Origin: a virus
Taxonomy: Duplodnaviria; Caudoviricetes
DNA length: 55,050 nucleotides
Strand: one strand, 5' to 3'
IMG/VR virus record: IMGVR_UViG_3300025137_005047
Location: 1-55,050 of that record
Part shown: in pieces, positions 1 to 8,847 of the stretch
Position numbering within the stretch: position 1 is the stretch's first letter
Layout: each line of letters starts with the position of its first letter
Notes under the pieces: model-generated
The model's input: only the letters and a program-made list of their open reading frames with translations
What the model was told of the DNA's origin: nothing
Databases searched by the model: none
Position numbers and translations under genes: made by a program

Positions 1-1
1 A

Positions 2-1432
2 ACTACCGCCCTGATAACTGTCTTTAGTATGGGAGCATATTTTATGGCTGACCCCTATTTGGGGTTAGTCTTTCTGACTGCTATCGTGGCAAGTTGTGCC
101 AGTGCTGATAGTTATACAAGTATTCTTACTGGTATACCTGGTGCAAGTACAACAGCCGCCTGTGTTATTGACGGTTATCCTATGGCAAAGAAAGGTCAAG
201 CCGCAAGAGCAATGGGTATTGCTATTACTGACTCTACATTTAATGGAGTTATATTCGCGGCACTAACTTTCTTTCTACTTCCTTACTATGGGAAGATTAT
301 AGTATTATTTGGACGTCCAGAGTTTCTGGGCTTCATGACAATGGCCCTAGCCTGTGTAGGTTTTGTGGCAAGTAAAAATGTATTTTTAAGTATCTGTGCA
401 ATCATATTTGGATTAGCAGTAGGTATGGTTGGAGAAGATGTTGTAAGTAATCCTAGACTAACATTTGGTTGGGAATATTTACAAAATGGAATTGGCATGG
501 TAGTTTTACTATCAGGGCTATTTGGAGTCCCAGAATTATTAGATGGATTCAGAAGAAAATTAAAATCAGCGGCACCACCAATGGAAGGCAATTACTTTGA
601 AGGCTTGAAAGAAGGCTTTGGGGATTGTAGAAAAAATTGGAAAGATATGGCCCGCGGAGGAATAATTGGTTTTGTTACTGGTTTACTACCAGGTGTAGGA
701 GGAGCAGTAGGAGACTTTTTGGCGTATGGAGCCACAAAAGCCGCACATAAAGAAAAACAAGAGGTTCCATTCGGCTCAGGTAACCCAATTGGATTATTAG
801 GTTGCGAAGGAGCCAACAATGCACAAAAAGTATCTAGTATGATACCTGCTTGTTTATTTGGTATACCAGCGGCACCATTTGCGGCTATGGTAATGGCAAT
901 TTGTATGTACTTTGGTATGGAAATTGGTACACCTAGTCTACTAGATGATTTACAGTTTACAAACAGTTTAGCATTTGGTTATATTTTTGGTACTATCGGT
1001 GTAGCATTATTAAGTATTTTCTTATACAAGTATATACTTAAAATCTTAGAAGTTCCTTTTTGGATTTATGCAACATTTATTTTAGCAGTAATTGTTTATG
1101 CAAATATGCAGTACACAGGTGGCTGGGAAGACTTGGCACTGTTAACAATTTTAAGTGCGATTGGATGTGTATGTAAACACTTTAATATTAGTAGACCAGC
1201 AATTCTTGTTGCATATGTTGTAGCATTTAAAATTGATGAATACTTTTGGGGAACATTACAATTATACGGATACAAACAATGGAAGCCAGGCTTAACTTCT
1301 ATGGAAGGATTTAGATGGACTGAATTGTTTAATATTTACAATCATCCTATCTTTCTTATATGTATTGTAATTGCAATAGGTATATTTGTAAATAGTTTAG
1401 TAAGAAAAGATAAAGGATTGGATTATACATAA
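2..1432 (+). CDS. tctA: Tripartite tricarboxylate transporter large permease (TctA family), 5'-truncated by window edge
   Basis: Polytopic membrane protein with TctA motifs (SILTGIPGAST, DGYPMAKKGQAARA, GLLPGVGG, EGANNA, GIP). The frame is open back to position 2. Confidence 0.85.
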   Translation, partial: TTALITVFSMGAYFMADPYLGLVFLTAIVASCASADSYTSILTGIPGASTTAACVIDGYPMAKKGQAARAMGIAITDSTFNGVIFAALTFFLLPYYGKIIVLFGRPEFLGFMTMALACVGFVASKNVFLSICAIIFGLAVGMVGEDVVSNPRLTFGWEYLQNGIGMVVLLSGLFGVPELLDGFRRKLKSAAPPMEGNYFEGLKEGFGDCRKNWKDMARGGIIGFVTGLLPGVGGAVGDFLAYGATKAAHKEKQEVPFGSGNPIGLLGCEGANNAQKVSSMIPACLFGIPAAPFAAMVMAICMYFGMEIGTPSLLDDLQFTNSLAFGYIFGTIGVALLSIFLYKYILKILEVPFWIYATFILAVIVYANMQYTGGWEDLALLTILSAIGCVCKHFNISRPAILVAYVVAFKIDEYFWGTLQLYGYKQWKPGLTSMEGFRWTELFNIYNHPIFLICIVIAIGIFVNSLVRKDKGLDYT

Positions 1433-1433
1433 A

Positions 1434-2180
1434 ATGAAACATCAAACTAATTGGAATAAAACTCTGCAACCTGCAGATGATTACGAAAGTAATTGGGATT
1501 GGACAGTTGCACACAGTGAATATCATTTCGATGATAATATTAAAGACAAAGAAGGTGAATGGTTTAAAGTTCTAGGACGATTTGACAATTCTTCCTTATG
1601 GCAAGACGAAACAGATAGATTAATCAAAGAATCAACAAAGGCAATTAATTGGCAAACAAGAAAGTTTTTTGGAGAATCTCCAAAAGAGTCACCAATGTTA
1701 AAGCAAGAAGAATATGATATTGCACAAGGCGGCGGCGACCCTAAAAAACTTATGTTAACTAATATGTTGGACGAGTTAGAAGATTACCCAGTACTAACTA
1801 AAATGAAAGAACATTTTGGAGTTATTGGAGATCAGAACGAATTTAAAGTCCGTTGTCACACTCAATTAACTGGACAGATGTTCAACTTGCATATGGATAA
1901 ATTATGGGATCGTTGTATAGATGATCCAGAAAAAATATGCCGTATTACATTCTTCTTAGAAGACTGGAGGCCTGGTCAATTTTATATGTATGGTAATTGT
2001 GTGTATGAACGTTGGAAAGCCGGCGAAGCACATATATTTGATTGGCCCAATGTACCACACGCAACCGCCAACGCAAGTAATTTCGCAAGACCAAGTATTC
2101 AGATTACAGGATTAAAATCTGATAAAACACGAGAATTAATTGAGAACGGATCACGCGATACAGTATGGACACTAGACTAA
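1434..2180 (+). CDS. Putative 2OG-Fe(II) oxygenase / cupin-fold hydroxylase
   Basis: HxD (LHMD) followed by W.AG...FDW.NVPHATAN with the distal His; phage hydroxylase-like pattern. Confidence 0.55.
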   Translation: MKHQTNWNKTLQPADDYESNWDWTVAHSEYHFDDNIKDKEGEWFKVLGRFDNSSLWQDETDRLIKESTKAINWQTRKFFGESPKESPMLKQEEYDIAQGGGDPKKLMLTNMLDELEDYPVLTKMKEHFGVIGDQNEFKVRCHTQLTGQMFNLHMDKLWDRCIDDPEKICRITFFLEDWRPGQFYMYGNCVYERWKAGEAHIFDWPNVPHATANASNFARPSIQITGLKSDKTRELIENGSRDTVWTLD

Positions 2181-2365
2181 GAAGTATAGTAAAAACTATT
2201 TCTTGGCGATTAACTGGTACACTACTAACATTTTTAATAAGTTGGGCTATACTAGGCGATATTGCTACAAGTAGTGCTATTGCTATAATACAATTAACAT
2301 TTAATACTTTTGCATTTTATATACATGAACGTATATGGAATCTATTTAAATGGGGTAGAAATTGA
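2165..2365 (+). CDS. Small membrane protein, DUF2061-like
   Basis: RSIVKTISWR...YIHERIW motifs and two hydrophobic helices. Confidence 0.7.
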   Translation: MDTRLRSIVKTISWRLTGTLLTFLISWAILGDIATSSAIAIIQLTFNTFAFYIHERIWNLFKWGRN

Positions 2366-3003
2366 AACCAATACTAACAATAATGACAGGACCACAAGGC
2401 AGTGGCAATCATCTATTCAGTAAAGCACTAGGACAAAATAGAAACATCTTTGCATGGCCCAGTTTACAGGAAAAGTATTGGGAAGGGCATGACTTAGAGC
2501 CTTTCGCAGAGTATTGGAAAAATCCGTTAAAACTAAATGAGTTTAATTGGAAACAAAGTTTTCATTTTGTAACAAGTATCAGTTGTCCTTATTTTGATGA
2601 TGGTAAAGAAACTATTCCAAATTATAAAAAATTTGTAAAAGAAGCAAGTAAGTACGCAGAAGTACAATTTGTTATAATTGGTAGAGATAGCAATATTATA
2701 AAATTACAACAAGAACGTGTAAGGGGTAAACATACTACCTCTTATTTTACGAAAGAAGTAGGTAATCTAATTTCAAATTATAAAACAATTTTTGCAAGTC
2801 AGGAATTGTTATACCTATATAAGGTACACTATTTAAATTGGATAGAAAAAGAAATAGGCTTATTGCCTGTAGAAACTACTGTAAATGATAGTAAACTTTT
2901 AGAAATATTATTAAAAGATGCTAATACAAAATATATATCACAAGCAGAGTCGGAATTAGATAAAACAATAAAGTTAGCAAGTAGCCGTAAAGGTGCAATA
3001 TGA
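2362..3003 (+). CDS. P-loop / sulfotransferase-like protein
   Basis: N-terminal TGPQGSGNH loop and downstream IIGRD; TTG start overlaps the upstream stop. Confidence 0.45.
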   Translation: MKPILTIMTGPQGSGNHLFSKALGQNRNIFAWPSLQEKYWEGHDLEPFAEYWKNPLKLNEFNWKQSFHFVTSISCPYFDDGKETIPNYKKFVKEASKYAEVQFVIIGRDSNIIKLQQERVRGKHTTSYFTKEVGNLISNYKTIFASQELLYLYKVHYLNWIEKEIGLLPVETTVNDSKLLEILLKDANTKYISQAESELDKTIKLASSRKGAI

Positions 3004-3683
3004 AAAAACAAGTAAAAGAGTTATGGGTTTGGCCACCAGGTGCTAGTGGTAATTTTGTAATGACACACTACTATGGAGATGGTGAAATAAAACCTAATAA
3101 CGAGTATCAAGTTAAAGGTCCAGTTAAATGGATACCAATGTTCTTTAACAAAGTTCATGCAAACCATTACTTAAAATTAGGACATACTATAAGACAAGAT
3201 GTATATAGCAGTAACTTACAAAAATTACTTAATAGTACAGAAGAGAATTTATCTTGGCACTGGTTACCGATCTTCTTAAAAAAACATTTAGATATAAACG
3301 AAATACATTATATTTTACCTAAACCAGAAATACAATGGTATATTAGTTTTTTAACGTTACTTAAAAATACAACAATAAACACATACGATAACTTTGTAAA
3401 CGACTTACTAGAACATAGTAATACAAAGTTGTTAGAGTACGAATACAAACAACGTATAGATGAAGTTAACAGTTTTAAAACAAATAAGACAAATATTATC
3501 GATTATGAAAGTTTATTTTTTAACTATGATGCAGAATTACTAGATAGATACAATCTAACTAAAGATGTGGTAGAGAAGTACACATATGACAATATAGAAT
3601 TAATTAAACAGTTTATAAACAAAAATTTAAACGCAGAGCAACAAGCATATTTTATGTCACAGATAAGAAAGTTAGAAAAATGA
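3000..3683 (+). CDS. Hypothetical protein, sulfotransferase-like fold (paralog of 18395..18919)
   Basis: WPPGASGNF at N-terminus and IIDYESLF near C-terminus; same motifs in 18395..18919. Confidence 0.4.
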   Translation: MKKQVKELWVWPPGASGNFVMTHYYGDGEIKPNNEYQVKGPVKWIPMFFNKVHANHYLKLGHTIRQDVYSSNLQKLLNSTEENLSWHWLPIFLKKHLDINEIHYILPKPEIQWYISFLTLLKNTTINTYDNFVNDLLEHSNTKLLEYEYKQRIDEVNSFKTNKTNIIDYESLFFNYDAELLDRYNLTKDVVEKYTYDNIELIKQFINKNLNAEQQAYFMSQIRKLEK

Positions 3684-4123
3684 AAATTTTAATATTTGGA
3701 TTACCTGGAAGTGGTAAAACAACATTAGCAAAGCCTTTCGCAGAATTGATTGGTGCAATACATATTAACGCCGATGTAGTACGCACACAATATGATGATT
3801 GGGATTTTAGTCCTGAAGGAAGAATTAGACAAGCACAACGTATGAAACATTTAGCAGATGGCGTAGTAATGGCAGGTAAAATTGCAGTTGCTGATTTTAT
3901 TTGTCCTACTATAGAAGCAAGAAAAGAATTTGCTCCAGACTATACAGTTTGGATGAATACTATTAAAGTGGGTAAGTATGAAGATACTAACAGAATGTTT
4001 GAGGATCCGGGTGAAGTTAATTACCATGTACGTGAATGGTTTACTGATACACACGCACAACTTGGGCAAGTCGTACAGAACTATATGTTAGTTAAACAAG
4101 GAAAACCCACGGAGAGGTTATAA
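3680..4123 (+). CDS. cysC: Adenylylsulfate kinase-like P-loop kinase
   Basis: GLPGSGKTT Walker A, NADVVR, DFSPEGRIRQ, DFICP, FEDP. Confidence 0.65.
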   Translation: MKILIFGLPGSGKTTLAKPFAELIGAIHINADVVRTQYDDWDFSPEGRIRQAQRMKHLADGVVMAGKIAVADFICPTIEARKEFAPDYTVWMNTIKVGKYEDTNRMFEDPGEVNYHVREWFTDTHAQLGQVVQNYMLVKQGKPTERL

Positions 4124-4512
4124 TGTTTGATTTGAAAAAGCCCACTGCACAAATGTTAGGCAGATGGCAACCATGGCACGACGGACACACTGAATTGTTT
4201 AAACGTGCATTAGCACAAACTGGGCAAGTTGCTATAATGGTTAGAGATGTCGAAGGTGTTGATGCTGGTATGGGAAATGATGATAATCCTTTTGATTTTA
4301 CAACGATTGCACTAGGTATTAATGAGGTACTAGCAAAGCATGGATTTACAGTACAAAAAGAGTATATTGTAATGCAAGTCCCTAATATTGTTGATATAAG
4401 TTATGGTAGAGGCGTAGGTTATACGTTTACAGAACATGACTTAGGTAAAGAACTGCATAGTATTAGTGCTACTAAAATCCGTGCTAATATGCGAAAAAAC
4501 GGCAAATTATAA
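4123..4512 (+). CDS. Cytidylyltransferase-like (HxGH) nucleotidyltransferase
   Basis: GRWQPWHDGH and ISATKIR motifs. Confidence 0.75.
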   Translation: MFDLKKPTAQMLGRWQPWHDGHTELFKRALAQTGQVAIMVRDVEGVDAGMGNDDNPFDFTTIALGINEVLAKHGFTVQKEYIVMQVPNIVDISYGRGVGYTFTEHDLGKELHSISATKIRANMRKNGKL

Positions 4513-4540
4513 AATAATTTAAAAAAGATTAGAAAAAAGG

Positions 4541-4569
4541 TTGACTTTGGATACCTTATACTGTATATT
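4541..4569 (+). promoter_or_regulatory. Sigma70-type promoter for the putative ncRNA
   Basis: AAAAAAGG-TTGACT(4541-46), 17-nt spacer, TATATT(4564-69). Confidence 0.7.
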
Positions 4570-4577
4570 AATAATTA

Positions 4578-4800
4578 ACAACTAGCACAAAAAGGCTTAT
4601 AATCTTTTTGCGTTTGTGGCGGAACAACTCTTCGGCAGAGGGGTAACGCACACTAATTCTTTTTAGGCGCCCGAGTGGGTAGGTTTAAGAGGAGGTGGTT
4701 CTAGTAAATTTCATATCTAAACCTTGCAAAAAATAGATGTGATCTGCTATTAGAAAGTTGGGGGTGAGTTCACAGCAAGGCCCTCCGAACTGCTAGTTGT
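4578..4800 (+). ncRNA. Unassigned highly structured ncRNA (~225 nt, multi-way junction with pseudoknot)
   Basis: Closing helix ACAACTAGCA/TGCTAGTTGT, five internal arms and a CCTTGC/GCAAGG pseudoknot. GC-richer than its flanks, with a promoter on each side and no credible ORF. Confidence 0.7.
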
Positions 4801-4829
4801 AACAATTATTTCAGATTCAGAAAAAAAGG

Positions 4830-4858
4830 TTGACTTTGAGTTCGAAGATAAGTATAAT
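4830..4858 (+). promoter_or_regulatory. Sigma70-type promoter for gp32
   Basis: AAAAAAAGG-TTGACT(4830-35), 17-nt spacer, TATAAT(4853-58). Confidence 0.8.
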
Positions 4859-4945
4859 TGTTAGCAGTACATCAGGAAGGTGTACATATTGCTATCATAG
4901 GCAATAATTAATTAACTTAAATAGGCAAATAGAGAGGCATACATT

Positions 4946-5980
4946 ATGGCAACATTGGCTGATATCCGTGCGAAACTACAAGCACAAGACACCCGCTCAC
5001 AAGGCGGAAACCGCGGCGGCGACAACGCAATTTATCCACACTGGAATATAGCAGAAGGTACAAGTAGTACATTAAGGTTCCTTCCGGATTCCAATCCACA
5101 AAACACATTTTTCTGGGCCGAACGAGCAATGATTCGTTTACCGTTCCAAGGCATTAAAGGACAGGTTGATAGTAAACCTATTACTGTTCAAGTACCTTGT
5201 ATGGAAATGTGGGAACCAGTAGGTTCATGTCCAATACTTACAGAAGTACGTCCATGGTTTAAAGATAGTTCTTTAGAAGACATGGGTCGTAAATATTGGA
5301 AAAAGAAATCTTACGTTTTTCAAGGAATTGTTCGTGATTCTGCACTAGATGAAGAAGCACCAGAAAATCCAATTCGTAGATTTATTATGGGACCACAACT
5401 GTTTAATATTATTAAAGCAAGTTTAATGGATCCTGATATGGAAGAATTACCTACTGATTATTCAAAAGGTATTGATTTCCGTGTTGTAAAAACTAGTAAA
5501 GGTGGATACGCAGATTATTCAACTTCTAACTGGGCAAGAAAAGAAACTGCTCTATCTGAAGATGAAACGAAAGCCATTGAAACTTACGGTCTTTATGACT
5601 TAAATGACTTTCTTCCTAAGAAACCGAGTGAAGCAGAACTAGGCATTATCAAACAAATGTTTGAAGATAGTGTTGATGGTAAGGCTTACGATTCGGAGAA
5701 GTACTCACAGTACTTCCGTCCTTCAGGAGTGCAATTACCAGATAATGGTAACAAAGCAAGTACAACAGTAACATCGGCACCAGCGGCAACGCCAACACCG
5801 ACACCTACTGCAACTGAAACAACTCAGACATCTGCTCCGGCGGCTCCTGTTTCAGAACCTGCTAAAACTGAAGCAGTTGCAACACCTGTTGCATCAGCGA
5901 CAGCAACGACAACTGCACCTGCTGAATCTGGACAACGTGCTGAAGATATTTTAGCAATGATTCGTTCAAGACAACAGTAA
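4946..5980 (+). CDS. gp32: Single-stranded DNA-binding protein, T4 gp32-like
   Basis: LRFLP, CP..CPI, G.DF...K...GGYADYS.S.W motifs and an Ala/Thr/Pro-rich linker; adjacent to uvsX. Confidence 0.8.
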   Translation: MATLADIRAKLQAQDTRSQGGNRGGDNAIYPHWNIAEGTSSTLRFLPDSNPQNTFFWAERAMIRLPFQGIKGQVDSKPITVQVPCMEMWEPVGSCPILTEVRPWFKDSSLEDMGRKYWKKKSYVFQGIVRDSALDEEAPENPIRRFIMGPQLFNIIKASLMDPDMEELPTDYSKGIDFRVVKTSKGGYADYSTSNWARKETALSEDETKAIETYGLYDLNDFLPKKPSEAELGIIKQMFEDSVDGKAYDSEKYSQYFRPSGVQLPDNGNKASTTVTSAPAATPTPTPTATETTQTSAPAAPVSEPAKTEAVATPVASATATTTAPAESGQRAEDILAMIRSRQQ

Positions 5981-5991
5981 TTAAAAATAAT

Positions 5992-6022
5992 AGGGAGGCG
6001 GCTATAGTCGTCTCCTTTTTTT
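5992..6022 (+). terminator. Rho-independent terminator
   Basis: GGGAGGCGGC / GTCGTCTCC stem followed by T7. Confidence 0.75.
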
Positions 6023-6041
6023 AAACGGAAAGAGAAAAAAT

Positions 6042-7100
6042 ATGGCAAAACCATTTGACGTGAGTAAATTTCGTAAAGATATTACGAAGAGTATTGATGG
6101 TTTAAGCATTGGCTTCAATGATCCGACTGATTGGATTTCAACAGGAAGTTATGCATTAAATTATCTAGTAAGTGGAGATTTTAACAAAGGTCTTCCATTA
6201 GGAAAAGTAAGTGTATTCGCAGGCGAATCCGGTGCAGGTAAAAGTTATTTTGCATCAGGGAACGTTATTAAATCTGCACAAGAACAAGGTGTATTTGTAG
6301 TACTAATTGATAGTGAAAATGCATTAGATGAAACTTGGTTAAAAGCATTAGGTGTAGATACAAGTGATAGTAAACTACTAAAATTAAGTATGGCAATGTT
6401 AGATGATGTTGCTAAAACTATTAGTACATTTATGAAAGATTATAGAGATATGCCAGACGGAGAACGTCCTAAGGTATTATTTGTAATTGATTCATTAGGA
6501 ATGATGATGACACCAACTGAACTTAATCAGTTCGATGCAGGTGACATGAAAGGCGACATGGGTCGTAAAGCAAAAGCTCTTAAGGCATTAGTAACAAACT
6601 GTGTCAATATGTTTGGTAGTTATAATGTAGGGCTAGTAGCAACAAACCACACTTATCAATCGCAAGATATGTTTGATCCAGATGATAAAATATCAGGTGG
6701 ACAAGGATTTATCTATGCAAGTAGTATTGTTATTGCTATGAAGAAACTTAAATTAAAAGAGGATCTTGACGGTAATAAAGTAAGTGATGTAAGAGGTATT
6801 AGAGCAGGATGTAAAGTAATGAAAACACGTTACTCTAAACCTTTTGAAGGTGTACAAGTTAAAATCCCATACGAAACAGGTATGGATCCATATAGTGGAT
6901 TAGTTGACTTGTTTGAAAAAGCCGGTTTACTTAAGAAACAAGGTAACCGATTACAATATAAAGCAAAAGATGGGACAGAAGTTATTGAATTTCGTAAAAA
7001 TTGGACAGGCGACAAACTTGACATTGTTATGAAAGATGTATCTTCTGGCGTAGTAGAAATATCCGAAACGGCGTCTGAAGACGAAGTACCGGAAGAATAA
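6042..7100 (+). CDS. uvsX: RecA-like recombinase UvsX
   Basis: GESGAGKS Walker A, LIDSENA, VIDSLG, NHTY, SGGQG. Confidence 0.9.
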   Translation: MAKPFDVSKFRKDITKSIDGLSIGFNDPTDWISTGSYALNYLVSGDFNKGLPLGKVSVFAGESGAGKSYFASGNVIKSAQEQGVFVVLIDSENALDETWLKALGVDTSDSKLLKLSMAMLDDVAKTISTFMKDYRDMPDGERPKVLFVIDSLGMMMTPTELNQFDAGDMKGDMGRKAKALKALVTNCVNMFGSYNVGLVATNHTYQSQDMFDPDDKISGGQGFIYASSIVIAMKKLKLKEDLDGNKVSDVRGIRAGCKVMKTRYSKPFEGVQVKIPYETGMDPYSGLVDLFEKAGLLKKQGNRLQYKAKDGTEVIEFRKNWTGDKLDIVMKDVSSGVVEISETASEDEVPEE

Positions 7101-7109
7101 GGGGATTAC

Positions 7110-7340
7110 ATGGAAGAAGAAATGTTACCTGAAATTTGGAATGTATTAAAAGAATATATTCCAGCAAAAGATAGAACAACTGCGGCGGATCATTGGGTAT
7201 CTGCGTTAGTTGACTTAGGTGTTAGTGACGAAGCATTAAAAGAATTAGGTAAAGAAGATACACATATTCGAGATGCAGTTAGTAATGCAATTCCTGAAGA
7301 GGAATTAGTTGATGACGAAGACCCTTACGGAGACGAATAA
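7110..7340 (+). CDS. Acidic hypothetical protein between uvsX and uvsY
   Basis: ORF with GGGGA RBS, translationally coupled to uvsY. Confidence 0.6.
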   Translation: MEEEMLPEIWNVLKEYIPAKDRTTAADHWVSALVDLGVSDEALKELGKEDTHIRDAVSNAIPEEELVDDEDPYGDE

Positions 7341-7795
7341 TGAGTTGGTATGGTAAAGTAACACATGATTTATCTAAATTACCTGACTTTATTGCACACT
7401 TTGAGAAAGAACTCGAAGAAGCAAAAAGAGATGTAGGTATATATGGTATCGTAGAAAAAAGTATTCGTGCTTTACCAGGAGTAACTGAGCATCGCTTTAA
7501 TCAACTTCAAGAAGTTGAAGCGGTGCTTAATTTCCTTAATATACAAATAAGAAAAATTCGTAGAAAACATTTTAAGAAATATCTAGAAGGATATCAAAGA
7601 GCATTAACAAGCCGTGATGCTGAAAAGTATGTTGACGGTGAAGATGAAGTTGTTGACTTTGAAACTTTAATCAACGAAGTTGCATTATTGCGTAATAAGT
7701 GGCTAGGTATAATGAAAGGACTAGATGCAAAACAATGGCAACTAGGACATATTGTTAAACTTAGAACAGCCGGAATGGAAGATGTATCATTATAA
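7340..7795 (+). CDS. uvsY: Recombination mediator UvsY
   Basis: Helical protein with YLE.Y...L..RD..KYVDG and KGLDAKQWQL motifs; downstream of uvsX. Confidence 0.75.
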   Translation: MSWYGKVTHDLSKLPDFIAHFEKELEEAKRDVGIYGIVEKSIRALPGVTEHRFNQLQEVEAVLNFLNIQIRKIRRKHFKKYLEGYQRALTSRDAEKYVDGEDEVVDFETLINEVALLRNKWLGIMKGLDAKQWQLGHIVKLRTAGMEDVSL

Positions 7796-8099
7796 AACAA
7801 GTAAAGTAGCAGTAGAAACACTGTTTGAATACAATAAGTTTTCAAAAGAATATAATCAATATATACAATCTTTAACAGAAGAGTTAGAAGATTGTCCAGA
7901 GTGTGTACAGTTCAGACGTAAAAAGCATACATTGGATCAATTAGCAGATGACTTAAATAGAAGTTATAATAAAGTTAAAGCAGATATATTTGATACAAAA
8001 ATAAAAAACACACAACGTCAGTTAGAAGATGTAAAAGCAGACTTTATGAAAGGAATGTTAAACGATGGATTTTCTATTAAGCAACCCAGCGAACTCTAG
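7782..8099 (+). CDS. Hypothetical coiled-coil protein with CxxC
   Basis: Probable ATG at 7782 (MYHYK), overlapping both neighbours. Confidence 0.5.
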   Translation: MYHYKTSKVAVETLFEYNKFSKEYNQYIQSLTEELEDCPECVQFRRKKHTLDQLADDLNRSYNKVKADIFDTKIKNTQRQLEDVKADFMKGMLNDGFSIKQPSEL

Positions 8100-8817
8100 A
8101 TTACATAGTTTAAATTTCTTAAACTTAATATATCAATATCCAGAATTAATGGAAAGTGTTGATAGTGTTTTAGATGTTGGCAGTAGAGATGGACATGATG
8201 CACATTGGTGGGCAACTACTGATGATGGAGACGACGATAATCCACAACCATTAAATATTAATGTTACTGCATTAGATAAAGATCCAAAATGGAACGAAGA
8301 GTTTGCACACGAAAATATAGTAAAATTAAAAAGCGACTGGGACAACAGTAACTTTGATAAAACATTTGATATTATATGGGCTCATAGTGTTTTACAAGAA
8401 GCAACTGACCCATTAAAATTCTTACACAAAATGAATAAATTTTGTTCTGAAGGAGGAGTACTTTGTTTAAGTTTTCCAACTACAGTGAATACATTCTATG
8501 GTGAACCTGATCATCGGGTTTACGAAAAAGCAACACATCAAATCACTATACCACACTTAATTCATATGTTAGTTCTAAGTGGATTTAATTGTAGAGATGG
8601 CTTTTTATACAAAGCACCTAACACTAATATTATCAATGCATTTGTATATAAAGATACTAACGAAGTTTACAATTACGGTGAAAAAACTTTGTTTGATTTA
8701 GTTAACTTTATGCCAGAACCATGCGAAAAGCAAATAGATAAATTTGGTTATATAACCAATAAAGGATTGTTACTTAAATGGCTAGATGGAACCATAATAG
8801 ACTATTCAAATACCTAG
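8065..8817 (+). CDS. Class I SAM-dependent methyltransferase
   Basis: VLDVGSRDG, VTALD, FDIIWAHSVLQ, GGVL. Confidence 0.75.
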   Translation: MDFLLSNPANSRLHSLNFLNLIYQYPELMESVDSVLDVGSRDGHDAHWWATTDDGDDDNPQPLNINVTALDKDPKWNEEFAHENIVKLKSDWDNSNFDKTFDIIWAHSVLQEATDPLKFLHKMNKFCSEGGVLCLSFPTTVNTFYGEPDHRVYEKATHQITIPHLIHMLVLSGFNCRDGFLYKAPNTNIINAFVYKDTNEVYNYGEKTLFDLVNFMPEPCEKQIDKFGYITNKGLLLKWLDGTIIDYSNT

Positions 8818-8847
8818 AAACTCCCCCAAATACTGATAAGTATTAAT

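Noticed and set aside
4578-4800. RNase P, 6S, SRP or group I intron identity for the ncRNA
   Set aside because: No GAGGAAAGUC/P4 pairing, no SRP GGAA-loop motif and no P7 core; it is multibranched rather than a 6S-like rod.
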